Positions 1 through 13,689 of a DNA stretch of 64,000 nucleotides are shown piece by piece; within the stretch, counting starts at the first letter, position 1; every line of letters begins with the position of its first letter. The notes under the pieces are model-generated. The model was not told the DNA's origin. It did not search any database and worked only from the letters and a program-made list of their open reading frames with translations. The stretch lies in the NCBI GenBank assembly GCA_043228905.1, contig JBHGNT010000008.1, positions 13,144,001 to 13,208,000 on the forward strand, read 5' to 3'. A program made the translations under genes and the position numbers. The stretch is from Azolla caroliniana (taxonomy: Eukaryota; Plantae; Polypodiophyta).

Positions 1-840
1 CTACTGCACAAAATGGGTTGAGGCAAAGGCTTTACGAGACAACACGACAACATCCACGGCCAAATTCGTGTATGAACATCTTTGGTGCCGTTATGGATGC
101 CCAATTGAGCTCGTTAGTGACCAAGGTGGGCACTTTATAAACCATATAATACGCGAGCTGATGACACACTACGCGGTGGTACATAAGAAAAGTACACCAT
201 ACTACCCGCAGGCAAACGGATTGGCCGAATCAACTAACAAAATTCTCCAAACAATCCTGAAGAAGATCATCAACGAGAATCGCGCCAATTGGGATGACAA
301 GCTCCAGAGTGCACTATGGGCTTATCGCAGTACATTCAAAACGAGCATTCAATCCACCCCCTTTCGGATGGCTTTTGGTCTCGAAGCCGTTATGCCCATC
401 GAGTTCCAAGTTCATGTTAAAGCACGGCTCCCCGAGGCCCAATCCGAACAATTGAGGCTGGAACAACTCCTTGAACTTGGCAAGGACCGAGTGGCGAGCA
501 TGGCCCAACTTGAACAGCGCCAACGACAATGGAAAGCCTTTGTGGACCGACATCGAAAAGGATTGGAACAAGAATTGATCATAGGCAAACCGGTCCACGT
601 TTTCCAAACGTGACTCGGTGCTATGCCAGGAAAGTTACGATTTTGATGGTCCGGCCCCTTCTGGATTATTGACGAGTTTAACGGCACGTTCCAGCTTGGC
701 ACCCTCGCCAGGGAAATTGTCAAAAGCTGGGTGAATGGATTCCAACTGCGACCGTACCAAGGAAATACCCCAGCTAACCCTTTCGCCAAGTCTCACGACA
801 CAGACAATGCCACGAAGGAGGCCACGTGTCCCCCTTGGTA
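1..840 (+). pseudogene. Gypsy integrase core plus GPF/GPY motif, with a stop codon
   Basis: SDQGGHF...[17 protein letters not shown]...[22 protein letters not shown]; WSGPFWI and VNGFQLRPY after the stop at 613. Confidence 0.92.
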
Positions 841-2072
841 AGAACCCACCAACATTCCAAAGTAGACATTAGGTAGGATTAGGCATAGTTTTAGCAATTA
901 GTTAGTTCCACCTACACCACCTACCACATCGCCCAAATCACGTCATGTTTAGAGGCACACATTAGTCACTTTGACATTCACTTAAGTATTTAAAGGCACA
1001 TGCACAACACCCAAGGCAAAGCACCAACTCTCTAGGACACGTGGCCATAATATCCTATTATGGCATGCATGCCCAAGAATCTCCAAGCTCCTCTTCATGC
1101 ACAAAACCCTAGGCGTTCGCTAAAAAACAGTTACCCCAAGCCCACCCCACACACAGACGTTTTCTTGCACACCCAGCTTTCATCGCTCCCACGCTCTCAA
1201 GCCTCCTCTCGCTCTCAGCGCGTCCATCGCTCCCACCGCTCTTGCTCACAAGCCCTCTCTTGTCCTCGTAGCCCCTCTGCCGCACCACAACCATCTCCTT
1301 CCCTCACTCTCTCTTGGCCTGGTCGAATCCTCCTTCCCCAATCTTCCACACAGCAGAACCCCGAGTCCATTATGCCTCTTGCAGCTTCATAGGAAACCTG
1401 CTCCTGGCTTCAGGAACGAGGATTGGGTGGTTATTTAAAGGTGATCGATGCCCCTGCACACCCTGATGCCTAAGCAGTCACACACTGAATTCACCCAGAC
1501 ACAATCACCAACAATATGATTCGTGCTGCCTTGGACCTGAAGCGAGGAGGTGATCATGAAGTCGAGATTCCCCCTTCCACGACCCTAAAGGAATACTTTG
1601 GTGCATATTCCATATCTAGTAAAGCCTATCGCACCTACAGTGGATCCAACACGGCATTCGGAGAACTCGCTCGCATCCTGATGGAGTACGCGTTCGTGCA
1701 TACCAACCCTACAAGTATGCCAAAGAGCAAAGAGTCGATCATTATTAGTGCCTACGAGGTAAACAAAATCAACTGGGGAATCATCACAGGCGAAGGAATC
1801 TGTGCGGCACTCAAATCCTTCCAAACCGGTAAGCATTTGCTGCCTGTGATCAATCGCTTCGTTACAGTCCTCTACCCACCTCCTTCGGTTTCCCCTCGTT
1901 GCATCCTGACCTCTCCACCACCACCAAGGAAACAACGAGAGACGATGTTGGAGATAACCCAGGAAGAATGGGAAGATCCCTCATCTTCTCCACCTCCCTC
2001 AAGCGCTCGGAACCCCGCTTGCGCCTCGACCCCACCCCCACCAAAAACACAAAAACAACGGGCGGTAACAGC

Positions 2073-2667
2073 TGTTAGGAAACAAGTCCCTCCGGATGGG
2101 AAACCGGATGATGAGTACCCGGCAAGAGCCGGATGCTGAAGACCTGGTGAGAACCGGATGAGGAGTACTCGGCAAGCGCCGGATGATGCAAGCCCGGTGA
2201 GGAGTGCTCACCGGATGAAGGGACATATTCGTAAATATGTTTCTAAGAGTCCATCAGGGCTATATTTGTAAATAGCCGAAAATTCATATTAGTATAAATA
2301 TGACTTAGGGCAAACAGAGAAAAATGTTGTTGTCATTCTTGTTGGTGCAAGATTAGAGCGCGCAACTGTGTACAGAGAGAGTGAGAGAGAGGAAGAGGTC
2401 ATTGCCTCTGTTGTAACCGCCGCCTGTGGCGAAGATAGAAAGCTCAAGGTCGTTGCTTCGGCGCTTTACCATTTGTACATTCCGACATAGTGATAGTTTG
2501 CAGTCGGTGGGCTGCCGTGGTTTTTTCCCTAGTTTGGGTTTTCAACGTTAACATCCTGTGTTCTCTTCTCTCCATTGTGTCGTGCATTCATTCCCGTTTT
2601 TCTGTGTTTTTGATTCTAAGCTCGGTTGTGGCCGAGCGTTGTTCATAAGGAGCGTGTGTTCCTCTCA
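2073..2667 (+). repeat. 5' LTR of Copia 2073-6959
   Basis: Direct repeat of 6318-6959; followed by a tRNA-iMet PBS. Confidence 0.95.
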
Positions 2668-2670
2668 AAG

Positions 2671-2682
2671 TGGTATCAGAGC
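2671..2682 (+). promoter_or_regulatory. Primer binding site (tRNA-iMet)
   Basis: TGGTATCAGAGC, 3 nt after the LTR end. Confidence 0.93.
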
Positions 2683-2697
2683 AAAACGACACAAAAA

Positions 2698-5600
2698 ATG
2701 GACGATTCGTTGGGAGGCATGTTCAAGCTCACTGGCTCCAACTATTTGGTGTGGAAGTCGAAGATGAGGGACATGCTCGTGGTTAAAGATCTTTGGTTGC
2801 CGGTTCAATTCGGGGACAAGAGACTGGACAAAATCGACGCCATGATATGGGAGGTGATGCACATGAAGACAACGACGTACATACAGTGTTTCATCGACAT
2901 GAATCTATACAACAACTTCAATGAAGAGAGCAAGGCTCATGAGCTCTGGGAGAAGATCGACATTATGTTTCAGAACAAAAATGTTGTTAACCAAGTTTCG
3001 GTATTCCAGAAGCTAGTAAGACTCCGGTACCAAGATAGATCCAGCATGGCGGAGCACATGAATGCCTTCCAGGGGCTGATATACCGACAGTACCGATTCG
3101 AAGCGGACACCGGACCGAAACGGTAAAGACCGGAGGAGGCCGAACCGGAAGGGAACGACGACAATCGCGGCAAGTGAAGAAGAGTTGATGCTCATCACCG
3201 AGGAGAGTGAGATAAACCTTGCCGGCAACGAGATGACCTGGGTGGTCGACTCCGGAGCGTCGTTCCACCTTATCCCAGACCGGAAATGCTTCTCATCCTA
3301 CTCTGCCGGTGATCACGGCTGTGTCCGGATGGGGAATGTAGGTAAATGCCGAATTGTCGGCATAGGAGACGTGTGGTTGATAACACCAACCGGATGCAAG
3401 CTGCTACTGAAGGATGTCCGACACGTTCCGGACGTTCGTTTGAACCTGATATCAGCCGGTCGGCTAGATGATGAAGGCTACACGGGTAGCATCTGGAACG
3501 GTGTTATGAAGTTCAGCAAAGGGAGCTTGATTGTGGCTCGGGCCCGGAAGGTCAACACGTTGTACCTGATGAATGCCCGGTTATGTCCGGAGGAAGTGAA
3601 CGTGGCATCTGACACTGCCGGTGAGCTGTGGCACAAAAGGCTGTGTCACATGAGTGAGAAGGGGATGAAGAGGCTTGCAGACGACAACCTCATTCCAGTG
3701 AAGAACGTGCACTTGGAGAAGTGCACTGATTGTCTAGCCGGTAAGCAAAACCGGACCTCCTTCCGACCAAGGCCACCGATGAGACGTAATGCACCACTAG
3801 AGTTGGTGCATACTGATGTGTGTCAAGTGGACACAAAGTCACATGCAGGATCGCAGTACTTCGTGACGTTCATATATGACCACAGCTGGAAGCTGTGGGC
3901 CACACCGTTGAAGACGAAGGATCAGGTGCTATCCGTCTTCAAAGAGCTCCCCGTGAGAGTGGAAAGGGAAACCGGCCAGATGTTGAAGGCGGTTCGAGCA
4001 GATAACGGAGGTGAATATCAGGGGCAGTTCGAGGAGTACTGCCGCTCGAAGGGAATCTGGCTCGAATTTACCGTGCCGAAGACACCGGAACTAAACGGGC
4101 TGGCCGAGAGGATGAACCAGACCATAATGGAGAGGGTCCAGAGTATGTTGGCGCATGCAAAACTACCCAAACAGTTTTGGGTTGAGGCATTGTCGACGGC
4201 GACATATGTGATAAACAGGTCACCCTCAGTACCGTTGGACGGAGACACGCCACAGAGAGTCTGGACCGGTAAGGAAGTGTCCTACCGGCATCTGAAGCTA
4301 AGGACCGGAGAGGAAAACTAGATCCGAAGGGGCAGCCATGCATATTCCTCAGTTACGGCGACGATGAGTTCGGCTACCGTGTGTGGGACCCAGTCGACAA
4401 GAAGGTATTCCGGAGTCGAGATATTATCTTCATGGAGGACAAGACACTCGCCGACTGGGAGTCGGAGAAGAAGGTAATGAACTCCGAGTCGACCGGTAAG
4501 GATCAATTCTACGATGAGCAGACCCAACCAGCAAGAGACCGGTTAGCACTCGATGAACCCGCCGGTTACGGTGAGGATACCGAACCGGCAGAAGAAGTAG
4601 AGGAAGCTGAAATCGGAACCGGCGAAGACCCCGAATCGGATTCGAATGAAGAGCAAATGGAGGAGCCGGTTACCGAAGCCCAAAGATGGAGATATCCTCT
4701 CAGAGAGAGAAGGCCCCCCCGAAGATTTCTGGATGCAGAGCATGTGCTGCTGACCGATGAGGGAGAGCCGGAAAGCTTCGAAGAAGTGAAGGATGACACT
4801 CACAGCCGCAAATGGTTAAGTGCCATGCAGGATGAGATGGACTCCCTGCATGAGAACCATACGTACGAATTGGTGGAGTTGCCGAAAGGAAAGCGGACAC
4901 TCCGAAATAAGTGGGTGTACAAGTTGAAACCGGGAGATGCCGGCAACCCCCCGAGATACAAAGCCAGGATTGTGGTGAAGGGGTTCCAGTAAAAGAAGGG
5001 CGTAGACTTCGACGAGATATTTGCCCCGGTAGTAAAGATGACCTCCATCCGGACGGTGCTAAGTATAGCGGCAAGCATGGACCTCGAGATAGAGCAGTTG
5101 GACGTGAAGAAGCATTCCTTCACAGCGACCTTGAAGAGGAGATCTACATGCAGCAACCAGAAGGATTCGTGGAGAAAGGGAAGGAGCACCTGGTATGCCG
5201 GTTGAAGAAAAGCCTGTACAGATTGAAGCAGGCTCCCCAACAATGGTACCGGAAGTTCGACTCCTTCATGACCGATCAAGGGTACCACAAGACACATGCC
5301 AATCACTGCGTGTTTGTGAAGAAGTTCGAAGGAGGCGACTTCCTGATACTCCTTCTGTACGTGGACGACATGTTGATTGTCGGACGGGACCAAGCCAAAA
5401 TACGGATGCTGAAGAAGGCTCTAAATCAAACCTTTTCAATGAAGGACTTGGGTCCGGCAAGACAGATGCTGGGGATGCATATCATCCGGAACCGGCCAAC
5501 GAAGCAACTGTGGCTATCACAGGAGAAATACGTGACAAAGGTGCTTAAGCGGTTCAACATGTCAGATGCAAAACCGGTCGGATTGACACTTCCGACAAAT

Positions 5601-6307
5601 TGCAGGTTATCCGGTAAGTAAAGCCCGAAGACGAAAGTAGAGAAGGTGGATATGATGAAGGATCCATATGCCTCTGCCATCGGGAGCTTAATGTACGCAA
5701 TAGTGTACCCGACCGGATATAGGATACGCAGTCGGAGTGGTGAGCCGGTTCATGAGCAATCCCGGCAAGGAGCACTGGAACGCGGTCAAATGGATACTCC
5801 GGTACTTGAAGGGCATTTCAAATATGTGTCTTCGATTCGGCTCCGGAAAACCTCAACTTGACGGTTTTACCGATTCGGACATCTACATCCGGGTATGTAA
5901 TGACATATGTAGGGGGAGCTATTTCGTGGCAGTCGAGGTTGCAGAAGATGGTTGCGCTGTCAACCACGAAGGCGGAGTACATGGCGGCTGTAGAAGCCGG
6001 CAAGGAAATATTATGGAAGAAGGACTTCATCGGAGAGGTCGGTATCCGGCAAGATGAATACCGGCTCTATTGCGATAGTCAAAGTGCCATCCACCTTGCT
6101 AAGAATGCGGCCTACCATTCCCGGACGAAGCATATCCAGCGAACGTATCACTGGATCCGGGAGCAAGTAGAAGATCGAGAGTTCGCGTTGACGAAGATCC
6201 ACACGGCTAAGAACGGGTCAAATATGTTGACTAAAGTACTAATACCTGACAAGCTGGATGCATGTCGGAAGCGGATCAGACTAGTAAGAAACCCCATGCC
6301 GGAGTGA
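2698..6307 (+). pseudogene. Copia gag-pol (Gag, protease, integrase, RT, RNase H) with frameshifts and stops
   Basis: LTGSNYLVWK gag; WVVDSGAS protease; LWHKRLCH..C..C and VHTDV..RADNGGEY..NGLAER integrase; YKARIVVKG and LLLYVDDML RT; YCDSQSAI..TKHI RNase H. Confidence 0.95.
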
Positions 6308-6317
6308 AGGGGGAGTT

Positions 6318-6959
6318 TGTTAAGAAACGGGTCCCTTCGGATGGGAAACCGGATGACAAGTACCCGGCAAGAGCCGGATGGTGAAGACCCAGTGATAACC
6401 GGATGACGAGTACTCGGCAAGAGCCGGATGCTGAAGACCCGGTGAGAACCGGATGAGGAGTACCCGACAAGCGCCGGATGATGCAGGCCTGGTGAGGAGT
6501 GCTCACCGGATGAAGGGACATATTCGTAAATATGTTTCTAAGAGTCCATCGGGGCTATATTTGTAAATAGCCGAAAAGTCATATTAGTATAAATATGACT
6601 TAGGGCAAACAGAGAAAAATGTTGTCATTCTTGTTGGCGCAAGATTAGAGTGCACAACTGTGTACAGAGAGAGTGAGAGAGAGGAAGAGGTCATTGCCTC
6701 TGTTGTAACCGCCGCCTGTGGCGAAGATAGAAAGCTCGAGGTCGTTGCTTCGACGCTTTACCATTTGTACATTCTGACATAGTGATAGTTTGCAGTCGGT
6801 GGGCTGTCGTGGTTTTTTCCCTAGTTTGGGTTTTCCACGTTAACATCCTGTGTTCTCTTCTCTCCATTGTGTCGTGCATTCATTCCCGTTTTTCTGTGTT
6901 TTTGATTCTAAGCTCGGTTGTGGCCGAGCATTGTTCATAAGGAGCGTATGTTCCTGTCA
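6318..6959 (+). repeat. 3' LTR of Copia 2073-6959 (one extra ~50-bp CCGGATG repeat unit compared with the 5' LTR)
   Basis: Direct repeat of 2073-2667. Confidence 0.95.
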
Positions 6960-9172
6960 ACAGCAACCCGTGTCGAATGGGATGAGGCCGAGGATGTCAC
7001 CATATGCCAACGGCCACCAAGGACATCAATGACCTCTCCACAACTGAGCCCACGGCCCACAAGCCAGCAACCCTTGGCCATCCGGCAGCAAAAGAGGAAA
7101 CAGGCCGAGGAGCCAACACCACCGGCCCCGGACGCATAGGATCAGCCGTCAAAAAGACGAGTTGCATCATTCGAGAGGCAACCACAGAAACTGAAGGCGA
7201 CTAGCGTCAGAAATCAAAAGAGGCCAGCCCCACCTCCATGGACATAGTACCAAGGGAGTCATGACTCCATGTCGGTACAGTCGAGCATGGACAAACCACG
7301 TAGATATCAGAGGAGGAAGTCCTCGGTTACAAAGATCTCCCCGCGGAGGCATACGAGTTCAGTGCACTACTTCGACTGGGCACAACTTACGAGTTAATGG
7401 ATTTCCTCGCACGCGCCCAAGTAGCTGTCGCCGCTCGTATGGCCGAGGAGCATGCCGAAACGAAGATGATTCAACGCGCTCTAATGGGTGAAATCGAACC
7501 TCACGAGGATCGAGCCTTACAGAAGATAGGACGGAAGAAGCAAGTACATAATGCTTCGCTCCTCATGGAACTATCGAATCTGAACATGGCCTTAGTCGAG
7601 GCATATTGCAATCTACACCACACTACTCGGGCAACCAAGGACATGGCCCGACGGATCAAAACGGCGCATCAGCAAGCCAAACGGGCTACCGACCTATGGC
7701 AAGCCGCCGAGGAGAAACTGGCGACATTCACGCAGCAACAACCGCCCTTAATCCTCCCTGCGCCAAGTGACGCTGTCTCACCAGCCGCTCTTCCAAACCC
7801 GAGCCCGAGTGTTGTAGGTACCGTCGCACACAAAGACGACACCGCCCACCCCGAGGTAGCCATGGCCGAGGCCAGCACAATGACGGACTCAGTACAAACA
7901 AGTGAGCCATCGTCATGGGCAGATATCAACCCACACCCCCAAACCAGCCAAACCTCCACGCAAACGCCACCACCTCCGGTTATCATGGAATGAGCGACAA
8001 AGACAGACAGGGCATCCTCGGCCCAAATCCGGCAAGCGGCAACCTAGACAAGGCCCCTTAGGGACTATCAGGAGGAGCTTCAGGCCCAGATCGCTCTGGC
8101 CGAGTTGGCAGAACAGAACCACAACAACATTCTTGGCCAGCAACGGGAACAAGCCGCGAGCCGCGAAGCGAACCTCAAGCAACTACTTGCTGAAAGGTTG
8201 GTCGCACTTGAAGCACAAGAACGAGAGGTGATGACCCTCCAAGTCTCTATCACTGAGGCTAAAGAATGTTTCATTAAAGAAACCGAGCGGAATAGCCAAC
8301 AGGAACAAGAGCTCTTCGCAGACAACTAGGAATTATGACGTTATCAAAGAGCCTTCCAGGACATGGCCAACGAACATATGCAAAAGTTGAGGATCTCAGA
8401 GGAGCAACGAGCAAAAATTTCCGATGCATATCACCAGTTGCAAACCGAGCACATCGCCGTCAAAGAACAACACTGAGATGCTTAGCGACAAGAAATGGAC
8501 GAAACTGTAGCTTAGCTCACCAACCGTTATGAACAGACCATCGCGCTCATCACTGAAAAAGCAAAAGATAATCAAGCTACTTTAGCACTCTTCGCCCTCA
8601 AAAGCCAAGCCGAAGCCAAGGCCGCAAGGGAGGCACTGGAAGTTCACCGTACGAGCATTGGCATGGACGATACCAAAATCAAGACCCTAATCCACAAGTA
8701 TCATCAGCAATTCACCACAAAGATCAAAGAAACGCTTGACCATATCTGGCAGGAGTGGTCAGTCCAAGCCGTGGACCTACACATACTATGCGCGGATGTC
8801 GAGAACCGACGGAAGGAGGGCCAAGGGTTTTACAAGATGGATGACACCAGCATCCAAACTCTCCGGGAAGACTTAACGGAAGAATATCATACCTTGGCAA
8901 TATCCCACACCGCGGCCATCGAGCAACTCTTGGAGGAATTCAACGACGATGTAATGGTGTTTCGTTTAGAAGCCGAAGTGTACGAGGAAGAACGACTCGC
9001 TACTGGGAGTCACAGAGCTCCCACAACCATTGAGCAAGGAACCGAGTCACTCCCCACGACAGCTCGACCGGAACAATCAGCCCCTACCGACCTCCACATC
9101 CCAACCGAACCACTCACCACGACAGTTAGACCAGAGGAACCTGCCCCTACAAACCCCCACATTCCACCGTAT

Positions 9173-9876
9173 CCACAAACTATAACCCTGACCTTGCCTG
9201 AATCGGTCCCAACAGAGGAGGGCACACACGACGACACCGCCATCCCCAACTCGGCAACACAACCTCCATCACCAACCCCACCTGCCGAGCAGCCAGCCCA
9301 ACCCCACGCCCCCGAGGATATCCTCGGCATATTGGAAGAGGAGTAAAACCAACCTACACGCCATCGTAGGAACAGGCAATTTTTGTAATTCGTGTTGTTT
9401 TGCCAAATCCATGGTAAACTGTGGGTCCGACGGACAAAGTCCTGTCCCACGGGCGTGCCAGGTGTTGTCCATAGGCCAAAAATATAAATTAGTTAAATGT
9501 AATACGCCAGTAGGTAAGGCGCCGTAGCCACAAACTATAACCCTGACCTTGCTTGAATCGGTCCCAACAGAGGAGGGCACACACGACGACACCGCCATCC
9601 CCAACTCGGCAACACAACCTCCATCACCAACCCCACCTACCGAGCAGCCAGCCCAACCCCACGCCCCCGAGGATATCCTCGGCATATTGGAAGAGGAGTA
9701 AAACCAACCTATACGCCCTCGTAGGAACAGGCAATTTTTGTAATTCGTGTTGTTTTGCCAAATCCATGGTAAACCGTGGGTCCGACGGACAAAGTCCTGT
9801 CCCACGGGCGTGCCAGGTGTTGTCCATAGGCCAAAAATATAAATTAGTTAAATGTAATACGCCAGTAGGTAAGGCG
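9173..9876 (+). repeat. 355-bp tandem duplication covering the end of the Gypsy extra ORF and downstream sequence
   Basis: ccacaaactataaccctgacc at 9173 and 9528; near-identical copies. Confidence 0.93.
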
Positions 9877-10306
9877 AGTAGGTAAGGTAGAGTTAGGTAA
9901 GGTAGAGTTAGGTAAACGTTGAGTTTCGAGCCTTACAATCAGTTGACCGCTCGGCTCTGTATGAAGAAAAAGTATATAAACTGAGGTCTGCATACCTCGA
10001 CAGGAGAGAGATATCTAGAGCCTAGGCGAGGTCATTTCATAGATATAAGAGCTTTGTAAGGTCACCGGCTGGGAGCCGTGTTTTTTGTAATCATCGATAA
10101 CTGTTTGCAGTAATACATATCTATTAGCTCTTGTTGTTTTCATCTGTATGTTGTCGTTTCTAAGCTCTCGATTACGTATACGACCCAGGCTCTATTCCGG
10201 GTAGGCTCTCCATTTTCTTCCCCTAACGATGTCTCCGTGCACAAGTCTTCACGTTCACTTCCCTTGATACCGATAGCTTGTAGGCATATCGAAGGTGTTT
10301 CCAACA

Positions 10307-12282
10307 GAACAGTTAACAGATGGATCTACAAGGTGAAGTATAATGTCGACGGCTCCGTCAACCACTACAAAGCTCGACTCATAGCGAAAGGATATGCACA
10401 AACACATGGCATGGCGTCAACTATGAAGAAACATTTGCCCCGGTGGCAAAGATGACGACTGTGCGGACCGTAATCGCACTTGCAGCGGCAAAAGGGTGGC
10501 ACCTCCACCAAATGGACGTCAAGAACGCCTTTCTTCAAGGAGAATTAAATGAGGAGGTGTACATGGTACAACCACCCAGCTTCGAATCACGCATTCATCC
10601 AAAAGCCGTATGCCAACTCAAGAAGCCTCTCTACGGTCTCAAGCAAGCACCGCGTGCTTGGCACTCGAAGATTACACAATATCTTCATCAAATCGGCTTT
10701 CGAATGTCGAAATCCGACAACTCCCTCTATGTACGACACGACTTTAGAACCTTAATTGTCATCATCCTATACGTGGATGATCTGGTCATTGGAGGTGAAA
10801 GTCTAGTCGACATCAACAAGGTCAAGTCCCTCCTCTCCGAAAAATTCGAGATGATGGACATGAAGGAGCTCCATTACTTCCTTGGCATCAAAGTAATTCG
10901 GATTCCAACCGGCATTATGATCTCTCAACGACACTACATCCTCAACTTGTTATACAAGTTCGGGACGACTGAGTGCAAATCGATTGCTACACCTCTCGAT
11001 TGAAACCTAAAACTAGATGTTGACTCCAGCACGAACGAGTGCGATCCAACTCAATATCGACAACTGATCGGGAGTCCCATCTCTCTCACGATCACTCGGT
11101 CGGACTCCTCAACCAATTCATGCAATAACCACACAACATTCACTTGGATTGCGCTAAGCGAGTATTACGTTACGTGAGCGACACAATGGATTATGACGTT
11201 CTCTACGCATCAGCCACACCAATACAACTCGAAGGGTACACAGACGCGGACTAGGCAGGCTACAAAGCTGATCGACGATAAACCTCCGGATTTGTCTTCT
11301 CCCTCGGCAGCGGAGCGATTTCATGGAATAGCAAGAAGCAACCTACCGTCGCTCTTTCAAGTAGGGAGGCGGAATACAAGGGCGCAACCGTAGCTGCATG
11401 TGAAGCCATATGGCTCAAGAGGATTTTGAAGGATCTGGGCGTTCCCATCAAGGATCCGACTCCCCTTTACTGCGACAACATGAGCAATATTTATCTGGCT
11501 CGGAACCCGGTGTTCCACGGACGCACGCACTATCACTTCATTCGGGAGCGTGTTCAAGCCGGAGATGTCGACCTTCAACACATCAATACAAATCTTCAAA
11601 CGGTCGACATCTTCACGAAGGCCCTAGGAGCCAACAAGCTTCGGCAATTCATGTCAAACCTTGGATTGACGATCCCTGACTTGCCAAGCTTGAGGGGGAG
11701 TACAAGCGAGAACCAGATATCGTCCGAACAGGGTACGAGCCGAAGCAAACACCAGAGATCGTCCGAACCAGATACGAGCCGAAGCAGACATCCACTGAAA
11801 GGAACCAACCCGAGTTGAGCTTGAGGGGGCGTGTTGAGAATCAAGTTCAACATAGCACAACGTGTGAACACACCTTTTGAGAATCTATGATTACTCAAAG
11901 GTCATACCACTACTCTCTACACATTAACTATGTGTCATTGAATCATATTCTATGACACATAACTAATGATTTACATATTCCCCATGACTATGAGTCTTCA
12001 CATTTCCCAAGAGAGAGAGTGGTTGTTGTAAAGTTAATGAAGAGAGAGGGTGACTCTATATAAAGCACCCTCCTCATACTTCATACTAGGTTGGTTGTCA
12101 CTCCTTCTTATACTACATTTTGTAATTCTTATTCTACTTGTGAAATATACACCTTCTTCTTGAGTATTTTATTTCTCTTGTCTATCTATCTAGTGTTCTC
12201 TCATCTCTCCTCTAATTCCTCTCACACATACACATAACACACATCTCTTCTGCTACACAAGAATCATACCCGATTCTTTACA
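10307..12282 (+). mobile_element. Copia 3' half: degraded RT-RNase H, PPT and 3' LTR (11832-12282)
   Basis: YKARLIAKGY, QMDVKNAFLQG, LYGLKQAPRAW, LYVDDL, YCDNMS; TTGAGGGGGCG precedes TGTTGAGAATC; same lineage as the Copia at 33092-45978. Confidence 0.92.
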
Positions 12283-13686
12283 AGAGGCAAGCACACAGCG
12301 AGAGACAGAGCGGTAAGGTGTTGTGATCGGCGGATGAACGGTGGGAGAGAAGGATGGTGCGCGGAGAACAAAAGGGTACACGCCGGGAAGAGAAAACGTG
12401 GCGTCCCGGAGGACATGCGAGGCCAAGAGGGCGTAAGTCGAGGCGAAGCGGTAACAAGAGCCGCGAAGGACACCGACACAGAGGTCGGTACTATGGTACG
12501 CTCTACGGCGAGAGAGCACGACAAGCAAGGGGGAAGCGAGGAGTGCGTAATGGGGTCGCCTAAGGACCGAAGAACAAGTGCGCATTCAGGGAACGATAAC
12601 AGCACATGGGAAGAGCCTACAGAAGGCGAGTGCGGAGTGGAGAGAATCAGCACGTGGAGGTGTCCCGGACGTGGAGACGATTGAACCGACGGAGGGACAT
12701 ACGCAGCACGCAAGGCGTGGAATCCGGGGTACAACTGAAGTGACCGGGGCCCCAATCAAAGGGCATACATGGCGGACTAAGTCGAAGTGGCCAGGACGAC
12801 AATGGCATCCGGGAGGACCGATCAGGGAGGAAGGCGCGAACATCGGATATGGTGGATCGGATGGAGCCGACAGATCGGGGCCGAAAGGAATTGGCAAGGC
12901 GGTCGGGTGCCGGGACGGCGGAGGACCCGGTTGGTCACCGTCGCCAAAATCTCTCACCTTTTACCTCTTGGCACATACCGGTGGATGTGCAATTTGGTGG
13001 GGCGGATGTCGTGAAGATTTCTAGCTACGGTGAGAAAACCAGGAGGGACAAATGAAATGGGGATGTGCAACATTGCACATGCACTTGTAAATTTGTGTAA
13101 TAATCTAAGGTGCTAAAGGTGCACCACGAAGTTCATAGAGGCATAAATGTGATGTGCACTTTGTAGAGTACGAGCTGAGTAATTAGCATAGTAGTATGTG
13201 TGGGGAGTGGGAGCTAAGGCCCCATCAATCCCTCCTCCTAGAATGTAAGCAAATATTCCCATTGAATAAAGGGGATATTTAGTCTCTCCTTTTTGTAACG
13301 GCTTTCTCTCCTTATGCTATAAAAGGAGAGGAAGGGGCACCATTGAAGGGGTTGCCTATTTTGAGTGAGAAGAGGTATACCACTTAGGTCGAGGGTTTCT
13401 ATTCGGTTTAGGGTTTCTTTTAGGGTTTCTTCATCTCTTTCTTTACTTATCCGATTAGGGTTTACATTCTACTTATGTTTGAGTCCGGCCCACGCGCCCG
13501 CGGTTGTAATCGCATTGCGGCTTTCATGCCCATAATATACATAACTTCATAAATCTTGTCTCTCTCTACTTTCTCTACCGTGTTAATCTCTTCCACTTTG
13601 CTCATACCCGACTTCCCATCTACTCCCTAGTCCAAGACCCCCCTGGTCCCACCTTATTCTACACGCACGCGCGGAAATACGCGACA
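12283..13686 (+). mobile_element. 3' end of another LTR element; probable LTR at 13064-13686
   Basis: Purine tract GAAATGGGGA then TGTGCAAC...; TATA-like CTATAAAAGG at ~13317; ends GCGACA at the junction with LINE sequence. The partner LTR is not in the window. Confidence 0.55.
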
Positions 13687-13689
13687 CCG

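Larger units (their letters stand above)
2073..6959 (+). mobile_element. Ty1/Copia LTR retrotransposon with both LTRs, decayed, with an internal gag deletion
   Basis: LTRs 2073-2667 and 6318-6959 (TG..CA), TSD ACAGC (2068-2072/6960-6964), PBS TGGTATCAGAGC at 2671, PPT GAAGGGGGAG at ~6306. Confidence 0.97.
1370..9346 (+). pseudogene. Extra 3' ORF of the Gypsy element (Pro-rich and coiled-coil, function unknown), degraded and split by the Copia insertion
   Basis: ORF pieces 1516-2072, 6960-7139, 7397-7993, 8105-8329 and 8663-9346 lie on one strand; the frame reads QRAVT-ATRVEWDEAED across the ACAGC TSD. Confidence 0.65.
1..10306 (+). mobile_element. Ty3/Gypsy (non-chromovirus, Tat/Athila-like) LTR retrotransposon, 3' part: integrase, long extra ORF, 3' LTR. 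It is inserted into a Copia RT and is itself interrupted by a Copia at 2073-6959
   Basis: Integrase at 1-840; the extra ORF resumes across the Copia insertion; LTR-like end ...gtttccaaca at 10306 abuts Copia RT codons (RWIYKVKY). LTR start is uncertain (~9750-9850). Confidence 0.75.

Noticed and set aside
12253-13055. Overlapping GC-rich ORFs on both strands
   Set aside because: No recognisable domain; probably retroelement 3' internal sequence.
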